The notes below the pieces were generated by a model, which saw only the letters and a program-made list of their open reading frames with translations, had not been told where the DNA came from and searched no databases. Below are positions 52,894-64,000 of a DNA stretch of 64,000 bases, one piece after another. The stretch spans positions 62,001 to 126,000 of the forward strand of contig JYFJ02000229.1 of NCBI GenBank assembly GCA_000934665.2. The letters run 5' to 3'. The position numbers and the translations under genes are program-made. Every line of letters begins with the position of its first letter. Within the stretch, counting starts at the first letter, position 1. The stretch comes from Catajapyx aquilonaris. Its lineage: Eukaryota.

Positions 52894-55800
52894 TATTTAG
52901 CAGATCACACCGCTTGCAATTAGAAGTGCTGTGTAGAGCTTCAAAATAATTATATACTCCACTGTTCATACAGGATGTGTAATTAGTACACAGCGGAACA
53001 TAATGAAATTTTTACTTGATTATTTGCAGTTTCTTTAGCACACTTGAAGCTTTTATATCATTAAATTCTCTATACATATTTGAACAGTACCGGTATGTAG
53101 AGCACTTCCGGGTTAGTTATTGTGCAACCTTTAGGATTTATTGCATTTCTGGTAATATTTTAAATGCCTATTCCATAAACTTAGAGTTTATGCATATATT
53201 TAATTTCTTCTTCAAAGACTACATGATGAGGCCAAAACCTCAAAGACTTCCTTCGGCATTTTTTTATAAACCTCAGCCACAGAAGAGGATGAAATAGATT
53301 GCTGCCTGGCTGGAAAACGCTCATGAAATTACATTGGGGTTACTTTGACGGTTGTTCCTTGGAGTTGCATTTATCATCTTTCACCAACCGACTCTCGTCT
53401 ACCAAGAAGGCCTCGACTTTTTTTTTCTTTCCCTTTACGGAAGGTCCGTAAAGATGAAGGGCACATCTGCACGGATGCTCCAAAACCTCGGAAGACTTTG
53501 AAAATATTCGTTACCTGCTTTCCTCCAATGTGTAACTTCAATATTAGCTGAGGATAGCCTGCCTAGTAGCCAAGGAGTCAATATGGAGCTCATATTAGAT
53601 CAGTATAATATATCTGACTAACTGGGTAGTTAAATTTGGTGCTGCTCCTGCACCATGAAAACCCTCCCATGTAGCCTCATCTGCTTGATATTCTATCTCC
53701 AGCGTCCTTCGCAGTTTTCATCATGCCGCTAAATCCTATCATAAAGGCGCCGTTGCAGTGTGCATGGCAGTGGGTGCAAATTTTTATGAGTAGAGTAATT
53801 CAAATATACGGTAGGCCTACGCTACGGTTGCAAATTAAGGTACCGTCATAGATTGTACTGGTACTATAAGTAATTTTATTTCAGCCTTTACTGATTTTTG
53901 ATAGATATATTTAACGGCTATAGCAGGTCGTAAGTGGGACATGCCTCACAAGCAAAATGGAGCATGTATAAATGTGGGAGCTAATTCAAAGACAGAAATA
54001 CTATACAAAACGCAGGTGACAGCAGATGTGTACATCTCTGGTTGGACGAGACAATTTGATGACACTCCGGCGTGATTTTTTAAAATGCTACGCGTTCTGC
54101 ATAGAGTTTTACACATGACAGCATCTTTTTGCCACCAACAAACCGCATGAACAAGAGTTATGAAATTTTCACTGCGCGAAAACAAACCACGTCGGAAATG
54201 CAGTGTTGATATAATTTTCAACTTGTTAATGAACAACAAGGAGAGAAAATTGCTTTAATTTGACAAAATGAATAAATTAGTTATTCTGTACACTCCAGAC
54301 AAAAGGGAGACTGGAACTCAAAAATTATTACTCATGTTCTAAAACAGCAATCACTTTTGAGAAGTACCTCCACTTACTCTGCCAAGAGGCTCTTCACTTA
54401 CGGATGTTTACTCCTATTCAGCCAAAATCATATATAGTCCTCCAAGATGACAAATGACATTACTGACAATTTTCAAAACATATTTTTGGTCCATCTAGAA
54501 ATTATGATATTTATAGAAGGTTCGCCTCCCACCGTGCTACTGCTATACATTTCAACTGCTGTCAAGCTCGTGCTTTCATATTTCTATTTTTCACCACATG
54601 GGAGCCATTTTTACCATTCAGAAGGCGCGTAGAGTGCACAAACCCCGAGTAGACTGCTGACCTTTCTGGCTTGGCATATTGTGTAGGCATGCAAGCTGGG
54701 GCGTGAATTTGCACGCTCGGCAGCGATGAGCTTGCCTTCAGACCGCAAACAATCTTCCATTTTGGTGGCATTCGCCGCAGCCACGGTGGTCTCCAATCCC
54801 ACTCTCCTCCTCTTGCCGTCAGGCGGCGCTGGGGTAACCGCAAGAGTTCGCTCTGGAGGGCAGCCATTTTGCGTGAGTAAAGATCACACACACTCTGGAA
54901 ATAATTATGACCATGGCCACCTTATGACGTTTTTTGGTTGCCTTTAGTGTCTCATTAGACTCGCTTTACCTGACTTTTGGTTACAGGTCATATGGTGGTC
55001 ACCGCATTATTGGGATTATTCTGACCGCGTTGAAAATTTAGGTAAGGTTTGTTTTGGGAGAGTGTCGTCATCCTCTTGGGTATACAGTCCCTTTCCTCGT
55101 ATAGGTTACAGTAGGTTGGCGCCTGCTAGATGGACAAGTATTTGCAACATAGAGAGAATGTGCCATTGACTCAATACTAACTACAGACAGAGATTAACAT
55201 ACATAATTACCAGTAGGTACAGCTGAATGGCATGGATTGTAGTGAGGTGAAACATTGATCACGACCTGACGTTGGCACATATTATGTTACCTTCTGTCAC
55301 AGAGACTTTAATGATGACGATATTGCAGACAAAACGCCCGCGATGTCTAACAGGCTCAATGTTTAAAATCATGATAAGATACATATTGCTCTGTTTAACT
55401 GTACTCCTTCACATACTGTATGAACGGTAAAGCCGATACTTCCCCCGAGGAACCATGTAATTGCAAATGATAATTGGCATTACGTCCCGCCGTTTGGAGT
55501 CTGGTATTATTAATGCAGAAATGTACAACTTCAGTCCCAGTACTTTTGTTTGTCAGTTTCTGGACGAGACAGGTTGGCGCTGCATTGCTAATTTCAAAAA
55601 CAAGCGCTTGTCTCTGTGTGGAAGGATTGGAGTGACTGAAACAGCTGGGCCTCGTGAGAAGCATTTGGAAATGGTATGATGTAAATTTCAGAATTTACCC
55701 GCTTGACAGAGGATTTTGCTGTTTCCGAGTTCCCTCGTAATGAATAAACAAGAATGGACGTCAGAGTGCTGTATCCCAGAGAAAAGGCCTCATTTTGCAG

Positions 55801-57247
55801 ATTCTAGCAGAAGACAACTGTCTTACGGTCAGAATCATGTATTAAAATTCACAGAACCAAAACACGCAATGCGTTTGCACAGGCACCACACCTGCTCGTT
55901 ACATACCTCATATAACCAAACCACACCCCGCTAATTACGCAGATGATGTGCCCCTGAAGGAATTTTAATGACTCCTTTTTTGGAGTAATTGTATGAAAAA
56001 TGATGGATAAATGGTGGGTGTGATGCCGGTCATTGGTCGCATTCGTCACGCTTAGAGGGCTGCTGGTGCCAGCAAAAATTCCTTCCGATGGAGTCGAAGA
56101 TGAAACATTTATGGCAGCGAGGATCGGCCGCGGAAACGGCAGCCGATGCCTCCAGACGGCGTTTTCATGGCGTGTCCAGGCGATGGCCATTTTATGCGTG
56201 GGCCCAGGGGTCACCCTCCCCTCCATTCGCATTCCGAAGGGAATTCTTAGTACGGCCAGCCAAAAAGGCTCTCGAGTGCTTCCCATTGATCACATCTGAT
56301 CCACATTCAGAGGCAGCACAACCTCTTCCTCAGTCTGTATCTTTTCACTCTCCTCATTACCGGTACCACTTTCCAGACATAACGTTATTGGTTAGAAGCT
56401 ATGTCGTTTTCTCCAAAACAGCAGGCAATTCGTGTGCCCAACTTGCAAGAAGGGGAAGGGGTCATTTGCGCCACTTTGCATCTCACCTGTTCCAACTTTC
56501 TCGGAAAATCACATTGCATTTCCCGGATGCCTACATCCGCTCAAAGGAATTTCGCCCGCCCCCTCTTTTGCATCTATACCTGCTGCGTGAGCTGAAGCAT
56601 GCAATTTCCCAGCCCGAGCTTCTTAGGCATTTATACCATTGTGAATATTTCATTTCAATACGGGCAGGGGGGAGGCTGACTTGAGTAGATTACGATCAGA
56701 GTAAATATTGACATCAAAAGAGCAGACTAGAATAATTATATGGTGTTTAGAGGGGGGGATTACACTCTTGGTTGTTTCAGTCTTTGTAAAACTTTGCATG
56801 TAGGCCAGATCCTCTTTCAGCGGCAGTCGGTATCATTCAAGCAATCAGACAATCTGAGGCACACAAATGCAGTGCGCAGAAAAGTCATCTTGAAACAATC
56901 GATCAAGTTACTCTCAGTGTACAGTACATGCAAAAAAGGAGAGGGAGATGGTAATATGCAAAGCCTTTTGGCTTGCACGACTGCGCTTCAATCAATTTTC
57001 TTCGGAAAACCCCTCTCTCATTTTGGAAGGATCACGGTGACCTACTTTGATCTAAAATTGATGCCGTCAGTGATTATGTGAGACAACCGTCAAGCGATTT
57101 GTAATCTCCATGGGTGCATTCTATTTCAAGCCTACAGCTTGAAAGTTCTAAGGTAAGGTGATGATGTTGGAGATATTCTTCTCACTTAACCGCTTTAATT
57201 TTTGGAGGGCCAATTTAAAAGAGTAAGGCCAACAACGGCTATGGAAA

Positions 57248-57308
<61 letters not shown>
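57248..57308. repeat. (ATT)n microsatellite, possibly a retroposon tail
   Basis: About 20 units. The upstream GGCCAACAACGGCTATGGAAAT resembles the SINE copy 3 3' end GGCTGATAACGGGGTATGAAT. Confidence 0.95.
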
Positions 57309-59820
57309 GACAAAGTTTCAAGCAAATATTACCTTAGTTCTCTTTAAAAACATTCATCTTTTATGCATGTTGTTGGCCCTTTTCTATTCATTCGTCCTGA
57401 AGAGTTTAGCCGCAAGCGCGCTTCAGTGCAACAAACATGTACTGTAAATTCCTCTATCACAACAAAATGGGCTGACGAGATAAGCATACACAATAGCATA
57501 AATGCCTGCAGTGGCAATGTAGTGCAGCAGTCGAGCCCATCCGTGATTCATCTAGTTTCACCTTGTGTTTAGTGATCTGCCACGGACTAACCGCCTTCTG
57601 TTTATTGCTCTGCCAGTTGAACGCTACTAGGTCCACATTGTGTCATATACTGTGAGAGCTCTCATAAAGAGAACCATAGTTTGCCAGTCCCAGCCCGCGT
57701 TCCATAATTTATGAAGCATTTCGTGTCTATAAATATGTAAATGCTGCCGTACGTTAGCACAGCTTCTTTTATTGATGTCAATTAAGGGACAAGTTTGGGC
57801 AGGTTATCGTGGCCACGTAAAATAAGAACGCTCGAACCTATGAATTTCTGCGCCGTTTATACTACCTGGTGAGAGACCCGAGCACAAACGGCATTACGAG
57901 GCGCACTGCACTGTTTATTATCATGCGATAATTAATGACGAATATTACGATGCGTGAAATGGGACACTGGACCGGCCAAAAATCTGGCAGCAAAATTACC
58001 AACAGAAAATTTCTATTACCCAAAGTACTCCATTTGCTGGATTTTTACGCTGCCGAAATTTACTTCCTAGTCGTGGAAAAGTTTTGGCATGTAAAGCAGG
58101 AGGTTTCAACTTTCAACCGATGTGACGCGGCATACTGATGAGCCTAGGTGAACTGTATATTAGCCTAAAAAGTTAATAATAATTTTACACCGTGTACCTA
58201 AAAATGTGAATATTGTAACACTTGTTATTACCGTATTATAGGAAAGACGGAAGTGATGTACAATATTCAGGCCGGATAATCAGTCTTTCTGAAATATAAT
58301 TACCTGCGGACAAACCGAACCCTATGTAACATACAGCAGTACATACCTATATGATAAGTTTCATTTACTAATTGAACACAGTCATTAAGACACGAATAAA
58401 AACCATTAACAATAAAAATGGATAGTTAAAATAACAGAGTGTTGCATTATAATAAAATTAAGCGTTGTATTTTTAATGTAATATTTTTATTTCATTTTTA
58501 TGTAATATGTTCAAACCACCGACAATCAGGGGTGACTGTACGGGAATAAGCTACTTATCAATCCAAATGGGAGAAACGTCACAGATATGTGACCACAGTG
58601 TCAATATGGTCTGGGGAAATCACTCACATAAACAGGCAGAAAATGCTGTAATAATGACACTTGACGATCGAGTGCTGTCTATGAGTGTACTTGTCTATCG
58701 TAAATCAAGTCCGCATATTGTGCTTAAACTTGATTTTTACCCGCCGTACGTTACGACATAGCCCAATAAATCGCCAGTGAAAAGTGTGCCCCAATTGCGG
58801 GCTCCATATGTCACTCATGTACGTGTAAACGCGACGCATTCACTGTTACCAATCAATTGGAGTGTCCATTTGAAACCTTCCGTCGCAACAGGACTAATAA
58901 CCGCTGCTTTATTTCGCAACAGCGAGCCACAAATCATCGATAATACTAAATACAGGTAGCGGGTAGAGATTTGAATGCGCAGAGCTGAACCGGGTTTATC
59001 AACCTGGTGGCCAAGGTGCAAACTGATTACATTTGCCTATTATCCTCTGCCCCAATTCCATTTTCCAATCCCATTCCCCAAAGGTACTGTTACATGTGTC
59101 AATTAACATTGATAGGCTTGTCAATGTGTGTAAAACGAGTTCACGTCTAATACATGTAGAGATATGTAAAATGTTTGTAATTATGTAGCAGCAGCAATAA
59201 GCCGGCGTCGCACGTTCGAACCCATTGCATTAGCTGATGGCTCATGTTTTCAGATGACAATAACGTGGGAAAAAAGCGCAGGCTTTTTCACCCTCTCCAT
59301 GAAAGTGATCTAACGAGAACCCCCTTCCATAGTAGAGTGCGAAAGGCAAAATAATTTGTCGAGTGCCAAAGTAGACTAAACAGTCCCTCAGCTGCCAACA
59401 ACTCCAGAGAGCGTCAGAAGCTCATATCCTGTGTGACTTTGATCACTTCTCCATATAATTGGCGAAATTACTCAACAAGCCTCTTTCTTTGAAGCCAAAG
59501 CATCTGACGAATTGCCGGAACACGACTCCGAATTAGTTCCTTTCTACCTCAAACAACCCTTGGCCATGGGCACCTCAGAAACAGCTCACATCTCTGTTAT
59601 TAAAACCTTTGGAAGAATCGGTCAGACAAATCGGTTTGTTTGCACTCAGAGATGAAAGGAAATAAGGTCCAAAAAGCTTTTCCAAACGCCTTCTATTCTA
59701 TTCCCACCACAGTTTCTCGCCTCTCATGTTATTGCATCATGGGGTTTACCAAGAGCTCTGAAAACGTGAAGCGTCAATATTGTCACTCAAGATTGTTCGT
59801 GGCCTCATAATAAGACTCTG

Positions 59821-59872
59821 TGTACTGTGTACAGTAGGCTACACAGAGTATGCTTGTACTGTACACAGTACA
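59821..59872. repeat. 16-bp perfect inverted repeat, 20-nt spacer
   Basis: TGTACTGTGTACAGTA...TACTGTACACAGTACA; built from low-complexity TACAGTA/TACTGTA units. Confidence 0.7.
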
Positions 59873-61565
59873 AGAATACACTGAAATGGTGAGGATACTT
59901 TGCGTCATTGCTAAAACATTGCAATATGCTATGAATTCGACACCAGAGCATCTGGCTCAAAATGTCAGCAATGTTTCTGCAAGGATTTTTTGGGGATTTT
60001 AAAACTTACCAGAATGTTTGCTGCCCTCGGTTGAAAACCTAGGCGATTCTCACCCATTCAGTTATATTCAAATAATAGAAGTTTCATGCACTACGTACTG
60101 TTTAGAATTTTTGATAGTTATAAAGTAACGGTTTCAGGAGGGTGTTTGATAAATGTACTGTACTACATATGAGAAAGTCTCATATTGGCGATTTAAGTGG
60201 TCATTTTTCAATTGCGGCACATCTCGGTGCCCCAGTTTAACAACACATCATGTAAACGGAAAGAGTACCTTTGATACATTTCCTCGAGAGGGCACCAAAA
60301 AAAACTTAAATGGGCAAGGGAATAAGTTTAAAAGTGTAGCAACGACCAACTTGTGCTATCAAACGACCGTTATTGCGAAAGAAACTTTTGTCCAGGAAAA
60401 CCTCCGATAAAAGCCTTTTTTTTTCTTCAAGGAGCGTCTCTCAACTTGAAAGTTTGTGGAATCTAAAGCGAACCGTCATGCAACGAACATTTATTGAAAT
60501 TAAATAGATAGGAAAAGGCAAGGGATCTCCCCATCACATCTTCTACACGGCCACTAAAATTGAACTAACTTGACTCTTGAAACATTTTGTGCAATTTCTC
60601 ACACAAACAAATCCGTAACTTTTACTCTAAGAGTTCACTCAATTTTTTTCCTTCTCACGAGTGCGTGGTAGAAAGTCGAAAAGTTGGACTTCACTTTAAA
60701 AGTTTTCTATAAGTTATGCTCATTTTGCTCGAGGTGCAGAGAAATGCAATCAACGGCTATAAACCGCTATTAGCATTAACAACACTTAATTACGTGGATT
60801 TTTACACTTATGAAGTGTTTTCACGGCACAGTTGCGATTTAATGAAAAACCGAATTTTTAACATTCCTCATTGCTGTGGATATACCGGTACATGATTATC
60901 AAGTTGGCTCGTTTTCCAATGCATTCACTTCATTTCGGAACCAATTTTAATAAACAGTTAACCTCGTTAGCTTATAAATTCGTGGACGGTCATAGTGATA
61001 GCATTTTTATGCGCCTACGTGGTTCATGTAATTAACTGGCGAGTTACTCATTCGAATAGAAGTTGCTGCGAACAGCAGCGTCATTATAATTCCCCTGCCG
61101 TTTCCTTCTGGCAGGTTTGACAAATGCCAACTACCACTACGTGCTTCCAATGGCAAAATTTGTCGCCTCCTTTGCGATTTAATTACTTACACGTGGAGGT
61201 GTAATTTTTATCTAGAAATGGAAAGAACGTGTTGGATTTGCAAGAAGAAGAAGAATTATTCAGTTTTTTTTTCCTTTTGCATAATGGTTGCATTAAGTCT
61301 GTTTCTGACGTCTGTGCTCCGCTTGCCAAAAAAAATCCTGCTGAAAAGGCGTGTGTGGGTGGAAAACGTAAATCAAATTTGGGATGTCGATACATTTCCA
61401 GACGATTCAAAAGTATCCATGCGTAAAGTTTAACGGCAGGAATCACAATAGCATCCAGAGTGGCCTTTATGGGCCTAGGATGGATCAAGATGATTTTCCC
61501 GCCCTATCTCCCCAAGCTATAACAACGTCAGAGTTTGTGCGATTCGAGATGAAGTAAATGCCCGA

Positions 61566-61629
61566 AGGCCCCACCGAGATTTGAACTCGGACTGCTAGTC
61601 AGAGTGCCTAGCCGTTGCACCATAGAACC
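61566..61629 (-). pseudogene. tRNA-Gln-derived pseudogene lacking the anticodon loop
   Basis: GGTTCTATGGTGCAACGGCTAGGCACTCTGA-CTAGCAGTCCGAGTTCAAATCTCGGTGGGGCCT aligns to recalled metazoan tRNA-Gln (GGTTCCATGGTGTAATGG...CCGAGTTCAAATCTCGGTGGAACCT). About 8-9 nt are missing from the anticodon arm. Confidence 0.8.
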
Positions 61630-63637
61630 ACTGATGTGTACCAGCCCTGCGCATACATTGCACCTTCATGTTACCTACCCCTTTTGAATGGTGGATCCCT
61701 TCCGTTTGGAAATCCCTACTTCCACCCTCCACACGTAGGTATTACACTCATCATTTGCAAGAACTGATGTGTACTCACCCAGAGATGCAACTCCTGAGAG
61801 GAAATTCACTGGCAGTGTATCGATGTTCTCGTTGCCATGGCATTCTGCTCCTGAAAGGAAAGGGTCACTTTGAAAATGCCTGCAGGAACTCACTCTTATT
61901 ACATAGCAATCCATTCCATGCCAATTCGCCCCCTCTGCACTTTGATGTTGATTCTAATTTGCTCATGTGGCTGCAGAGTCACGAAACTGAAAATATTACG
62001 TGTTTCGACAGAGCCCGTCCTGAAAATAATTTTACGTCTCCTACATTTTTAAAAATGCCAAAGGCATGAATCTGCCTAAGTGACGAGCAGGTTGGACACT
62101 TCATAAAATGCATACATGCTCTACCAGAGAGTCCGCTAATGAATGGAAACAACATGCGACGGGAAAATTGAAAATCGTGGCCCTGGGCTCGGACGCATCA
62201 ACAAACAAAAACATTTATTTCAGTTTGCATAGCAGAAGTCATTATTCCTAAAGTTAATGAGCTTTCAGTCGACTATAGATTGTCTCTATAGAAATACTAA
62301 TATTCGCGTCACCATTCCCATTTATATTTTCTAACATTTAGGCTTCTAATGACTAAATCTTTAGTAGACCTGTCTTATTCGTATCATGAGAATGAAACGA
62401 AATAACGCACTAGTCTATCAGCCGCCTGCTGCCAAGTACCTGCAGCATTATATATACTATCGTGTCCTCTCTGGTGCCTTCATAACTCTGATAGTAGGAC
62501 TTGAGCAAAGACCGGCGAAGACGTGAGTTATAGCCAAGGCGCGTCAGGTGAGCCATCCATGTCCAGAGTGCATCTCTTGATCAGAGCTGCGATGAAGCTA
62601 AATTAGTAAGAAAATGTGTTGGATGGACGTCGGAGTCTCTCCCCCTTGGCCGAGGTTGAAGAGGGCCCCTGATAACAATTCCATCAGTGCAGTCGGCGGC
62701 AAAGCATCCCCGCTTGCATCCTTGGGAAAGATTTAGGGCTCCATCTGCTAAGCGTTTCCGTTTTGTTGCGTCGAGGGAAAATGGCGGCGGATGGAAGGAG
62801 GAAAGGCAGGAGGGGAGGGGGCAGTGGGGGTTGCAGGGGAGGAAAACCCAACATTAGAATTCTTCTCCCGGGCGTCCAGTTCAACTGCCCTGGCCGCAGG
62901 ATTAAGAAATGGTTCTCCTTCCCAGGCTGATCTATTGGCAGAGCCTCAATCTCACATCGATCGCACTAAGAAAGGAACGTGCCGCCACCCAATCATACTA
63001 GGCCCTACTCAAATTTTCTCCCGAACACTTCAAGGGGGGACTCCCTGGGCTTCCACATTCGTGCTTTTTGCTCCTTTGCACATTTTTGCCCCCAAGAAAT
63101 TGGAGCATCCTGCTGGTTGGATACCAAGGAGTTATTCAGACTCATGTCCATTTTCGGGGTGCAACGAGAGGGAAACTATGGTGACGACATTTTGCTACAG
63201 AAAGTACTTTTCAGTCACGCTTCCTGATTCAACTTATATGACAAGGAGACACTTTACGTAGCAAGTAATGTAATAAGCATCTGTAGAGTTGATAACAGTG
63301 CCACTATGTCAATGACAATTCATTTCGACTATAGTCCCATCTTGTTGGCGACACCATCTGCAAAATAATGTAGCTTACATATTACATCGACAGCTTCCCT
63401 GAGATACACAGCTATGTAACGGCTAGCAGCGAAAATCAATGCAATATCCCATGGCAACAATCGCAAGCCATTAAATGTCCAATATTCGGTCCAATCATAG
63501 GCCAAGTCGTCCAGGACCGCAAAATCCAGTTTCGTTACTCGGCGCCACTGGCAACGCAGTGGCTTCGAAAAATTCACAAACAAGTGCTTGCGGCAAAGCT
63601 TGCATCGACGGGTAGCTTCCAACGAAGCTACTGGGGA

Positions 63638-63691
63638 TTCTTCTTCTTCTTCTTCTTCTTCTTCTTCTTCTTCTTCTTCTTCTTCTTCTTC
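63638..63691. repeat. (TTC)n microsatellite
   Basis: 18 perfect units. Confidence 0.97.
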
Positions 63692-64000
63692 CTTTCAATC
63701 GGGATCTCCAGACTTGCCATGATTGAATCCCAAGGGGATTTCCTGTCCGTGGATCGTCCCGAAACTCGCACGAAGACACCCTACCAACACTTGGCGTTTG
63801 AACATTTCAGAGGATTTGAGGCTCCTGTCACGTGAAAGGAGAAGAATCTTCCTCAATTCGAGCCGGTTGCAAAAATCAACATGAGACAAAAATCGAGCAA
63901 GAATGAAGCGAACTGTTGCATAAGGAAGCCAACGTGATTCAACTTGTGCATGTTTCAGCTTTTTTTTTCATCGCGCAGATGGGGCTTATCTATGGCCTCG

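Noticed and set aside
56088..56684. Longest ORF (198 aa) and other 100-156 aa ORFs
   Set aside because: No recognisable domain, overlapping ORFs in several frames, and composition typical of non-coding DNA.
58136..58165. CTGATGAGCCTAGGTGAAC as a minimal hammerhead ribozyme
   Set aside because: The GAAA core is incomplete and stems I/III do not form.

Overview
Eukaryotic (animal, probably arthropod) non-coding DNA, roughly 40-45% GC by eye. I found no intact protein-coding gene, rRNA, functional tRNA or CRISPR array; the listed ORFs look like chance ORFs or decayed transposon fragments. The window reads as a large intron or intergenic region littered with mobile-element remains. These include three TSD-flanked copies of a modular tRNA-derived SINE plus one diverged relative, a 5'-truncated RTE-clade LINE end with a 14-bp TSD, and decayed LINE endonuclease and ORF1-like pieces. 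There are also several TA-flanked Tc1/mariner-type MITEs (one with ~195-bp TIRs and a transposase C-terminal remnant), a hAT-type MITE, a tRNA-Gln pseudogene and trinucleotide tails. The most unusual signals are: (1) a near-perfect 250-bp fold-back palindrome and a loop-less perfect 58-bp palindrome; (2) a nested 3' stem-loop that covaries among SINE copies; (3) a window-wide excess of TA-NNN-TA heptamers resembling DNA-transposon excision footprints, with one such insertion visible by comparing the two arms of a MITE. All family assignments are from recalled motifs, not database searches.
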